Shown here: piece by piece, positions 22,601 to 35,400 of the stretch
Layout: every line of letters starts with the position of its first letter
Numbering within the stretch: position 1 is the stretch's first letter
Assembly (NCBI RefSeq): GCF_001194135.2
Contig: NC_068999.1
Location: 52,202,959-52,266,958, forward strand
Length of the DNA stretch: 64,000 nucleotides
Source of the DNA: Octopus bimaculoides
Lineage: Eukaryota
Reading direction: 5' to 3'
Program-made: the position numbers and the translations under genes
Notes under the pieces: generated by a model
What the model saw: the letters and a program-made list of their open reading frames with translations, nothing else
Told to the model about the DNA's origin: nothing
Database searches by the model: none

Positions 22601-25600
22601 TTGTTATATCGTCAGAGAAAAATGAGTATTTAAAACTGTGGTTAAGCTTACTTCACTACAAAGCTGTTTGTTATTTTACCTCCTGCTTTACTTAAAAGAT
22701 CGTATTGTGTTGGAATAACTTCCAGTGTAGTTCTATCTGCAGGAGTGAAAAACTTTATAAAATGTATATACTTTTTCTGTCTGGTTTCTTTTGTAGTTTG
22801 CCTTTTTATCCATTCCTCATCTCATTTTGGTATACTGTTTACTTTTGTTATAAACTTATATCTAGAACTTTCTGAATAATGTCCTATCCATTTAATTAAA
22901 AGCTGAAGTTTTTTGTCTTAGCAGTTTTTTTATGCTGTAGTCTCAAATATTTCCTGTTCCTTGGGGAAAAAAAAAACTGCATTAAAATAGCTTATAGCTG
23001 TTTTCTATATTGTGCTCTGTTTTCTCCAATCATTGCATATCATCCACATTTCTGGTTGTTTGCTTCATTATTATTTCTATCATCCTTTAGTGACTTGACT
23101 TAAATACCTTCCCATCCATTCCATTCATGTCTTCTCACTACTTCTGTTGTGACTTTTGCATAGAGAAGTTGATGTCACCTTCATCTCTGTTTAATCCTCT
23201 TAAAAAAAAAAAAAAAAACACTAGAGAGCAGCATAATTGTTATTTTAACTTTGAAGCGTTCATAAATTTCTGAAAAGTGTTTTTGATGGTTCTTCATTCT
23301 TTTAAAATAATGAAATGAAAGATTCATGCTAAATGTTCAAGCTTGGGTTAAACTGACATGTAAAGAGTCAAATTTGACTTGTTTTGTTTCAATATCTTTC
23401 TTTAGGTGACATCGTTAACTATGGCAACCTGATTTCCTTCAACTGGTAACTTAGGAGCTAACCCCACTACCTTTGCTAAACGGAACGAAAATCTTAGGCC
23501 TGTAAGTCAAGTCACACTTCTGTAGGTAGTCAGCAAACATGATTTCAAAGCATTAAAGAGACGTGTCTTCACTGCTGAAGAAGAACTAGTTTGTTTATAG
23601 CTAGCTGCTTAGCTTCTATCTGTGTGCTGACAATATCATTCTTATTTTGTCACTTAAATTTTAACACTTCCATTAACTTGATTCAAATGCTATAGAATTT
23701 ACACATTTATATGCAAGCTACTAGAGTATCTCCACACCAAATGTTTGTTTATGTTTAGACTAAACTGAATACTGTTGAATGTTTATTGTATTGTTTGTAA
23801 ATAGTTCATCAACTTGGCATATAGCTTATTTATAGATGCATCTCAAGTTTTCTTTGTGCATTTCTTTTGAAATATTAAGATACCTTAGTTCATTTGATTC
23901 TTGAGAAAGAAAAAAAAAGATCCATATATGGATGTGAACTTAACTTAGAGAGCTTAGGGCATTCAGTGGACTGATTGGCTGATATTCTTGCATGTTTCTT
24001 CTTCGTTGTATGAGTTATGTCTTGCACTGTTTCAAGTAAATATTTGTGAAATATAAGTGATATCCTATATCAACAGAGGGTACAGACAATAACCTTTTTT
24101 TAGTAGGTAAAATATTAAGTCATTTCTTGCTTTATATGGAGAGGTGGTGATGGGGGAGACTGTTTGCCCCTCCCCCCCTTTTTTTTTATAGATTTAAAAA
24201 AGACATCCGGATCATATAATCTGTAGGGTAACTTTTTTGTTGCATCTGATTTTTAACTTTTTCTTTTTATATGGTTTAGGGAGAAGGAGGGCATCCTATG
24301 ATGCTTTTCAGAGCCTCAAACTCTGGTGGGGGGGGGGGAATGATGCACTTATTCTCAGATCAGATATCTGGTCTGAATGTTTGCTATTGAGTGGATTCTG
24401 CCAAAGGTACCCAAGGGCCAGGTGGTGGAGTTTAACTGGGTTGTATATTAAATCTGCCATTCCAAAAGCAGAAATAGGCCCTCTGATAGGCTTCCACACA
24501 GTTTCCACTTACCAGATTTCACGAGGCTTTATTGAACCCAAAACTATGTCTGAAGACATGTAAACCTATGCAGTTGTGGGCATCTTCACTAAACAACCAA
24601 GCCTACACTGTTAACCTGATAGTTTTTTTTTTAACAGGTCTATAGAATAGATATTGTTCATCAAATACTTCTAAACAAAGATTCAAGTTTTCATAGAAAC
24701 AGATACGGATACAGATTTATTTGTGTTATTTTGGATAAAAGCTTAGCATCTGACCATTCCCTCTTGTCATGGCTCATAAAGTAATAATAATATTGAACAG
24801 CTTTTTTTTGTCCATCTTCATATTCTGAGTTAAATTCTGCCAAGGTCAACTTTGCCTTTTATCCTTTTGGGATTGATGAAAAAAAAAAGACACCGGTGAA
24901 GCACTTGGGTCAATGTATTCAACTCACCTCCTTCCCCCAAATTGCTGGCCTTGTGCCAAAATTTGATACCAATATCGAACAGCTTTGTGATGAAGTGAAC
25001 TTGATTACCATAATATGTAGTATTAAAGTCTGGGACTTACATTATGTGCTCCCAATTGAAAAAAACCCAACAAAAAACACTACAAAAAAGCAATAGTTTT
25101 TCTAGTGACATTCCCTGACTTGTCATTATGTTTGCATGAGTTGTTGATTTCAAATCTGGATCAACATAATTTTTCTGTCAACATATAACTGTCTTATTCC
25201 TTATACATACCCTATAATAATAGTTGTCCCATGGATTAACAAACTCCTTAAAAGTTTTCCCCTCTCACAGTTCTAATCCAGCATGGGATGGATCTACAAA
25301 GCCAGACATGTTTAATGGTGGCAGGATTACTGGTAACAACTGAATTTATGAAGTAAAAGTGGCAGGTATTTTATTTTTTCTACAGGAGCTTGTAAAATTC
25401 ATGTAACTTGTCTAAAGGAAAATCAATACAATAGCTGTAACAGTTTTTGGACCTACTTCAGTCACTTTAGCTTCTTCAAATATTCCACTTGATTAATTTT
25501 AGTTAGAGATATTCTGGATTCTCATGGCATTGTTTCCACACGTTGATATTTTCAAATCTAAAAGTCTCTGAAAGGCATTAGACATAGAGGAATACATTTT

Positions 25601-26805
25601 TAAGGATTATTAGTATATAAATGTACCATCTTTGAGAAGAATGGGTTTAATCTTTCTTTTGAAGCATAAGATTATGTCTTGACATTACTTAGTAGTAATC
25701 CTGGTTCATATTTTTTGACAAGGACATGTCATTCAAAATACTTCTAATAACCTATAGACAATATTCCCTTAAAGTACTTTGCTACGTCAGATTTGTCTTT
25801 ATATTACGCAATGAGATGGTTGTGCCGTATGGAGTTTTTTAGTCAGTGTTTGTTAACATTTGTGTTGTGGAAAACTGTTTCATTATTTAGGCATTCATGA
25901 CTGTTCATCTATTAATATTAAAGTCTTTCCATTTCATATATATGTATGTATATATATATATATATAATATATACTGTCTACAGACAAGACTGTAAACATA
26001 CATTAATTCAATACTCTAAGATATTATGAGAGAATGTAGCTCATTGGCAAGCAGTGTAAGTACAATGTAACTGATGGATATTTTGTCAGCTTGCCCTATT
26101 GATTGTTAAAATGCATCATCAACAGTCTACTGGGTTATACTCCAATACCCATATTACTTTCAAACAGCTTTCTAGAAAAGTACTGATAATACAGTTCTAC
26201 ATGATTATTCCACATTTTCTACTGTAGCTATACGCGTAGTATACTTCTCATTCTAAGCAAAATATACTTTTCATCATAACCACTATATACTTTTCATTAT
26301 AACCACTACATACTTTTCATTATAACCACTACATACTTTTCATCATAAAACAGTATACTTTCATTATAAACATAGTATCTTATTGTTTAAAGAAATATAT
26401 TCTATACACTGAGGTTCAAAAGTACTTTACAAAATTCATCAGGCATAACTGGTTCACCTCACTTACTTGCATGGTTTTCTACTAGATTTATGGTCACCTG
26501 CATCTTGTTCACATAGTAACTGACAATCTGCACTATTTATTTTTGTAGTGATTAACTTTCTGTGTCTCTCTTGTGCATCATGTTAATATGTTAAACTTTT
26601 GCATACTGTCTCAGATGGACATTTCCTTTCATTCTGTGTTAAAAGTTGCACCAATATTACATTGATTATTCATATTTTCTATTATCTCATACAATCTGTA
26701 ATAATGTGCCTTCCTTGTACAGCATGTAACAATTTGTGTTTATATTTGCATGATGTGTGACAGCATCTACTCTGTCACTTGTAGCAATAGTCACTTGTTT
26801 ATATT

Positions 26806-26866
<61 letters not shown>

Positions 26867-27929
26867 NNNNNNNNNNNNNNNNNNNNNNNNNNNNNNNNNN
26901 NNNNNNNNNNNNNNNNNNNNNNNNNNNNNNNNNNNNNNNNNNNNNNNNNNNNNNNNNNNNNNNNNNNNNNNNNNNNNNNNNNNNNNNNNNNNNNNNNNNN
27001 NNNNNNNNNNNNNNNNNNNNNNNNNNNNNNNNNNNNNNNNNNNNNNNNNNNNNNNNNNNNNNNNNNNNNNNNNNNNNNNNNNNNNNNNNNNNNNNNNNNN
27101 NNNNNNNNNNNNNNNNNNNNNNNNNNNNNNNNNNNNNNNNNNNNNNNNNNNNNNNNNNNNNNNNNNNNNNNNNNNNNNNNNAAACTAGTTTTGTTCTTAC
27201 CCAATGTTTGCACTATTTAAAAAAAAAAAAAAAGAAAATTCAGTCTTTATAAATGGGCCTTATAATGTATATTTATGCTGATATTTTTTTTTATACATGA
27301 AACAGTCTAAAGGAAATGAGTTTCTGTTATATCTCTAATTTATCTATTAGCTATGAAGTAAAAAATAAAATGAAGATTAAAAGAAAAAAAAAATGTGTTT
27401 GAAAAGCTTTCAGGTGTGTTGGTTTTAAAATGTTTGCCTGTGGATGTCTGCATTTAAAATATTGAGTTGATAACATTAGTAACATTATCGTTCATATCCA
27501 TTGTTAGATAGAAGATATAACTTAATACAGTTATTATTTACTGTGTTTAAAACACCGAGCACAAATTACTTATATATGTATATATGTGTGTATGTCCCAC
27601 TGTGTAGTACCTTGGGTAAGTGTCTTCTGAAGCCTCGTGAATAGATTTGGTATATGGAAACTGAAAGAAGCACATCATGTGTGAATGTTTTACATTTGTG
27701 TTTCCTCAAAAGATCACTGAGCTGCATGCTGTGATGGTGTCATATCTCGTGTCAACTTATCTTCCGCTGGCTTTGTATTTTGAAAGCCAGTGAAATAATG
27801 AGGTCCTTCACTTGAAAAACAAAGTAATGATGGGTGACAGGAAAGCCATCCAACTATAAAACAATGCCTCAATAATGTATCTGTCTTACACGTGGTAGGA
27901 TGGGAAAACAGGCATAAGAATGAATGAAT

Positions 27930-27965
<36 letters not shown>

Positions 27966-30379
27966 AGTAAATAGTGTGGTTGTGTTAACCGCACATGGAG
28001 AAATAATAGGAAAATGAAGAATAAGGCAGAATGCTAAACTGGAAGCATATTTTAATAAAGATTTCAAATTGGAAGCATATTTTAATAAAGATTTCTAACC
28101 GGCTTTCATTGTGAAGCAAATTTTCAAGAAGGAGAATGAAAATGTTTTTTACAAAGAAGTACAAAATGAAGAAAATAATATATAAAAAAATAAATATACC
28201 AATACATTATATTGTCTTTGAGCTTTTGAACTTCAATGGTAATCCATGTATATAATGGTTGGAAAAATAAGGATGCATGAGAATTGAGAGTTGTGTTAGG
28301 TTTAAAAAAAGGGTTAAAAGTTTGTGTTAAGCAGGAAGTGTGGTGTCAAAACAGGAAGTGTGTGTAAGGGGAGATAAATGTTTTTAGTCTCTGTTCCTAG
28401 AGAAATAAGGTCACAGACATAAACTTCCTGTTTNNNNNNNNNNNNNNNNNNNNNNNNNNNNNNNNNNNNNNNNNNNNNNNNNNNNNNNNNNNNNNNNNNN
28501 NNNNNNNTATCTCCCCTTACACACACTTCCTGTTTTGACACCACACTTCCTGCTTAACACAAACTTTTAACCCTTTTTTTAAACCTAACACAACTCTCAA
28601 TTCTCATGCATCCTTATTTTTCCAACCATTATATACATGAACTACCATTGAACTTCAAAAGCTCAAAGACAATATAATGTATTGGTATAGTTATTTTTTT
28701 TATATATTATTTTCTTCATTTTGTACTTCTTTGTAAAAAACATTTTCATTCTCCTTGAAAATTTGCTTCACAATGAAAGTCGGTTAGAAATCTTTATTAA
28801 AATATGCTTCCAATTTAGCATTCTGCCTTATTCTTCATTTTCCTATATATATATTTTATTCTTCATTTTTTTACTTGTTTCAGTCATTTGACTGTGGCCA
28901 TGCTGGAGCACCGCCTTAAAGGGGTTTTAGTCAAAGAAATCGACCCCAGGACTTACTCTTTGTAAGCCTTATTCTGTTGCTCTCTTTTGCTGAACTGCTA
29001 AGTTACGGGGATGTAAGCACACTAATATCGGTTGTCAAGTGGTGGTGGCAGGGACAAACACACACATAGACATATGATGGGCTTCTTTCAGTTTCTGTGT
29101 ACCAAATCCACTCACTACTATAGTCAGCCTGAGACTATAGTAGAAGACACTTGTCCAAGGTGCCACATGGTGGGACTGAACCCGGAACCATGTGGTTGGG
29201 AAACAAGCTTCTTACCACACAGCTATGCCATGGTTTGTCCAATTTAATCAGTCTTGTCTCTTCAGAACACCTTCATCTGTTGTTGATACACCACTCACAG
29301 CATTTTCAGTTTTGGGTAGGTTTTCAAGGATATTGTGCTGTTCTCATGACAAATCATCTGAAATTATCAGCTTATCATGGTAGATTTCAACCTTGCTCCA
29401 CCCACCCTTAAGTCCACATGAGCTATATCCAGAGATTAGGGTTGCTTATGGAATGTAAGTTATCTTGTGCTTTGTCAAAAAGTCGATGATAATGATTGGT
29501 AGAAGTGCAGGTGTGTTTTCATGGTGTAGCACTCAGTTTTTTTTTTGTCTGCACATACCTCAGGCTTTGTTTGCACTGCTTCTCTCAAATGCCTCAAGAC
29601 ATCCAAGTTAACCCCTTTCTTTATTGATCATCCAGCCACACAAAACAACCTCTTGTTTAACTACATACCACCAAACAAAAGCCAGTCATAACCTTTACAG
29701 TTAAGCAATTCTGACATGTGTGTTTTTGGCCAGAGAGAGAAATATCTAACCCAATCTGACAGCTGCCCATTTGTTTTACCATCCAACCATGCACATATGG
29801 GTTTCATTACTTGTTGCAATGCATGCTTTTTCAGGAGGTTTTCATCGACATTTGAGCAGTCAGGTAGCTTTTGATAGACTATAACTGTTCTCCTCCTGTT
29901 CATTTGCCAGTTGACACGGCACAAATTCTACAGCGACATGCTATATCACCAATTTTTCTTTTAAAATTATGTGGTACAATCTTCTACAGATGCCCGTTTC
30001 TTTGGAAATTTCACTAACAATCAGGTGATGATTTTCCTGAATTCACAGCGCATCTTTTTGCTATGCGATTGTTGTTTGTTTCCATGGAATGTCATCTGGA
30101 TTTGTGATTGTTTTCAGTGGATTTCTTAATACTGGTACCACTTATGACTTTACATTTGGATATATATATATGTATATAATTTCTCTACTGGAAAAATGCA
30201 GTCTCTATAGAGACATGGAAGATAAACTGAGGTTAGTAAATCAAACTAACTGGAGTTTTTTTTATACACTCATGGAAATTAGCTGGCATTAATAACCAGT
30301 ACATGTAACTATGGTACCCACTTGGATTCTATATCCCTACCACCCATAATTTGGAAACACACACACACACATGTATGTA

Positions 30380-30412
<33 letters not shown>

Positions 30413-32437
30413 ATGTAAAGGCCTCATTATAAGCTTGTTGCAACATTAGAAAAGTCTCCATTAATGCTTTTCTCAATCTCAAACAATTTCATATAAACCC
30501 AATGCTCTTAAAAAGGTCCTTTTAAAAAGTTCAGTTTCTTTATAGACAGTCCTTATATTGTATGCTTATAGTGCAATTTTTTTTTTTACATATTAAATAT
30601 GAACATTCGTTTTTTCGTGAAGAAGATTAAGATCTAAGAAACTCTTTGTTAGTGTCATCTTGTGACCTTGCATCTCGATACTTCCAGTATCTCACTTTTA
30701 GATTTTATTGAGAATTTGTGTATGGCTAATACATTATTCTATTAAATGAGTCAATTTTGAAGTTTAAATTCTTCTAGGAGGAATCAGATTTTGAATGTAA
30801 GATGAGACATAGTAAAAAACTTCTGCATAAGCAGGGCTTCTGTTTTGTCTTAATGTTATTTCTGTTGCTGGATTGAGTGAGTGTTTGGTAGTACTCGTTT
30901 CTGATGAATTAGAGAATTGGTGATTGATCACCGAGAGAAAGAGTATGAACTGAACTTCAGTTTTTTGGTTGTATGTCTCTAGTAAATTTTGTAAATATTT
31001 GAGGTAAAAGATTGTTTTTAAAAAATGTAGTAGTAAAACTGCGTATTTATTTAGTGTGGTATTTAAAGAGAGGAATTTCTTTTTCAAAACCAAAACTAGT
31101 TTAGTATAACAAAATTTAGGAATTTTAAGTTGAAAGCTCATCCAAAATTGTTTACTAAGTAACTTAAAGAGTTTGTATTCAACAAAAATGCTTATTGGCA
31201 TGTTAACCACCATAATGTAACTGGATAGGAGGTTATTAGAGCTGGGGCTGAGGAATGTCGTTGTTGAAGTAACTGAAGCTGAAGAAAATGTTAGCTGTTG
31301 GTGGCACCGATTTTTTAAAATGTCAACATTGGAATGGGGGAAACTGGTAATGACTTTCTTTACTTAGGGTACTACATTACAAATCAATTAGGGAAGGGAA
31401 AGCAGATTGTTTGACATGACATTCATACCTTTGTCGAAGACATTAGCCATTTAAGTTTTACAATTACAAAGCTGCATCTAAGTATTGAAATCTGGCTGCA
31501 CATTAGGAGCTTACCTCTTATTTAATCCTTTAGCATTTAACACAGCCTTACCAGGCCCAAATATTCTACATGCTTTATGTTCAAACAGGGTAGATCTGGC
31601 CTCTCATACCTACCCTACAATGTCATTCTGAAAAATAAACAATTACATCATCAAATCTCAAAGCTACATGATAGTGCATGATTAATTTAAAACAATGTGA
31701 ATAAATAAGAAATGCATTTGATAAAGTGATCTGAATGCAAAAGGGTTAAAGCATTTATAAGTGGCAAAGAAAACTGTTGTTTGACCTTTCATACCTCTCC
31801 ATGTTTACAATTTGGTAGCAGTAAATTATATATCTTAATTGTTCCAGTAACTCATGATGAGTATTTTAACCCAAGGTTGTTAACATTTACTGGAGTAGCT
31901 GAAGTGATAAATAGTCTTTTGCTTTGAGTTTCAATATTTTATCCTCTATTGGTTATATTAACAAACGTTTATTCCTGAATTGTGTAAATTGTTCAGCTTG
32001 GAGGTTTGTCTTCTTGTTCTATAATGTTCTTTGTATTTGAAGTTCTGAATATATTGTAATGGGCAATTCACATTGTATGATATTGTGGCTGTTGATCCCA
32101 TCGGTGTTCCATCGTTAATTGTTTTTATGGGATTGATTACCTCTCATTTGTTTGTAGCTTAGAAAATAAATACCACTGAAGTATTGGGCCTCAGTAAATT
32201 GACTATACTTCTTGCCTAGATTTCGGCATCGATCCAGTACCGGACACGGATTCTGGATTATTTTTCCTGTTTTTTTTACCTAATTTTTGAGAGCTGTCAG
32301 ATTCATTTTTAGTATTCTCATTTGTGAGAGAGCAGTCGAGTTTATTTCAAATATTCTTATTCTAAAAAGCATCTCTGGCTAATCGTTAAGAGAACATTGG
32401 TATTGCTTTGGTGGAGGTTTGCGCTCTCTGAGTGCTC

Positions 32438-32474
<37 letters not shown>

Positions 32475-35400
32475 GTGGTGAGCTGGCAGAATCGTCAGCA
32501 TGCCGGACACATTCCGAGTTCAAATTTCGCCAAGGTTGACTTCGCCTTTTATCTTTTCGGGCTTCATAAATTAAGTACCAGTGAAACACTGGGGTCAATG
32601 TAATCAACTAATCCCCTCCCCCAAAACTTCAGACCTTTTCTCTATAATAGAAAGGATTATTATTATTATTATTTCTATTTGACTTGCTCTGGTTAATTCT
32701 GTAAGCGTGGTCAACAACTTGTCAAGGGTCTCACTCCACAATATTTAAGACCCAAATATCAATTTCAAAATCTTCACGGTCTCCTATGAACCAATTTTCT
32801 GAGCACCTTAATAAAGTGGTTTTCTTAGCCTCACTGTCTCCAACAAAGTAACTTTCTGAGCCTCGCTATCCCCTATTATTATTATTATGATGATAAATGT
32901 GAAAATATTGGAGTGGTAGAAATAGAACACCAAATTGTCTTTCAGATACAACTACTAGTCGTGTACTGATGTTATTTCAATTGGCTACCCTCCTTTTGTA
33001 TAAGGTTGTGACAATCAATGTGCTTCTGTAATTATAGATATTACTTGTGCTATTATGATGCACACAATATAATGTATTATCAATTTTTGTTTATATGGAA
33101 TGTTATGCTACTCCTGTAACAACACAGACTTGTTGAAAGGAGCTTTATGTTCATTTCATCCATTTAAACAATGTTCATCTTAAGCCCCCCCCCCCCACTT
33201 AATTTTACTTTGTAATTATCTATCTTTGAAACTGAGAAAATGTTTGCATTTGCTGTTTCTTAAAGCGACATTATTTTTGCATCTATTCCTGTTTAGATGG
33301 ATGAGAAAAGGAGATTGGAGGAGGCTTCACAGTTGATACCCCTAGGAGGCTGCAAAGGTTACAAAGAAAAACACCCCAGTCAAGCACCTGCAGTCCGTCT
33401 CTGCAACACTTCTGAGGAAGAACTAGATAAGGAAACTGTCCGCATTCTCCTGGCTCGTCAAAAGCTGAAAGCAAAAAATGAGAAATGTAATAAACCAGGT
33501 TTGTAATCAGATATGGACTTTGATAATCTGTGTAAAATTTGTCTCCAATGGGAATTTATCGAGCTGTTCCTCACACTAAACACTGTCTAGGCCTTGTGAG
33601 TGTGCTCTGTTCCTTAACCCTAACCAAAGACAAGCCATGTTGCCTATCAGAGGTTGGTCTCACTGGTTAGTTAAGAAAGACTCTCTCTCAGGTTCACTCT
33701 GCATATCCCATGCGTTATATTTAATCTTATTTCACTTCAGCTGCTATATTGTAATTGTTGAGTATCATGGTATTCCTATCGTTCATTTATTTTTATAACT
33801 AAATACATCAAAATCATTTAAAGAAAATGGTAGAGATATTTTGATATTCATGTATGTTTGTCACTTCAGCAATTAATAAACAACTATTCACTTTTTTTTC
33901 CCTCCCTTCTTTCAAGCTTATTATTTGGTAGTTTGTTAAATAATATGCTTAACTAAAGAAAGAAACAATAGAGAACCCAACAATATCCATTTTAAACATG
34001 ATTCCTGACCAGAAAATATAGAATAGAGATGATTGTTGGCAAAAAGTAATTTTCAAAAATGAAATCTTGTATCTTAGTTGGGTCATTTTAACAAAAAGAA
34101 ACAAATACACTGGATTCTATTTGATTTCTTTTTATCATCATTTTTTATTATTAATGTGGCAGGCTGGTAGAATCGTTAGCACACCAGGAAAAATGCTTAG
34201 TGGCATTTTATCCATCTGTATATTCAGAGTTCAAATTCCACTGAGGTTGACTTTGCCTTTCATCCTTTTGGGGTTGATGAAAAAGTACCAGTTGTGTACT
34301 GGGGTCAATGTGATTGACTAGCACCCTTCCCCAAAATTCCAGGCTTTATGGCACTGGTAGAATCATTAGCACATTGGGGAAAATGCTTAGTGGTTTTTCT
34401 TTCAGTGTCCTTAAAATTGCTGGCCTTGTGCCAAAATTTCTAGGAATTATTATTGGTAAATAATTAATCAATTAATTGTTTGATTAATTGTTTGATCCTC
34501 ATCAATAACATGACCTCATTACTCCAGGTTTGTCTCATCTCCAACATAAATGGCAGTGAAAGAACTGTGACAAATGGGCTGATTGATTGATTAATCAAGC
34601 AGTTGATTAGTCTACTGGTTGACTAAGTTGACTAATAATAAAAACAAATGAAATATAACCAGTGTGTGTACTTGTGTGTTTATTGACAAAATGATTCGCT
34701 AAACAGCTGTTTCAACACAGGATTTTTCAACACATCAAGAATTTTGCGAAATGAATATAAAAACAAAAATATTAAATCTTGGATCTTGGATTTAAAAAAA
34801 AAACTTAACCTTTGTCTTGAATTAATAATTACATTATCTTGTAGCTTTGGGATTTTGACAATGTGATTGCTTATCTTTAGAAGGTTGATGTAGGATTGGT
34901 GTGAGAGGCTGGATCTGGTTGGTTTGAATGTATAACAGTTAGAATATTTGAGCTAGATATGGCCAGTTTAACCCTTAAGCATTTAGATTACTCTGTCTAA
35001 TGTAATGCTTGTTTATTTACATTGTTTTGAATTAATCATGAATTATCTTATAGCTTTGAGATTTTAATATGATTGTTTATTTTTAGAATGACATTGTAGG
35101 GTAGGTGTGAGATGCTGGATCTGACCAGTTTGAACATAAGAGGCAGAACATTTTGGCTGAATATGGCCGGTTTAAATACTAAAGAGTTAAAGAGAAAGGA
35201 AAGATAAAAATCAGACTTTTCTTTTCATTTTTGATTTGTAAATTTAGACAACTTTAGTTGATCTTGTCTGGTATTTTTCTTTTCCTTTCTATTTTTTTAT
35301 TTTATTTCTATGCCTAGGTTGCCGGTATGGCTGTATCTGTCACTTGTGTTGGATTTCAGAGAATAATGAAGAATTAACTAAGCCTTGTGCAATTTCTACT

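Noticed and set aside
24638-24784. 48-codon open frame after a good acceptor (ttttttaacag) in intron 4
   Set aside because: No convincing phase-0 donor before the TAA, and exons 4 and 5 already join in frame.
30764-31213. 149-aa minus-strand ORF in intron 4
   Set aside because: No recognisable motif and no splice context; possibly a retroelement remnant next to the RT-like fragment, but unsupported.
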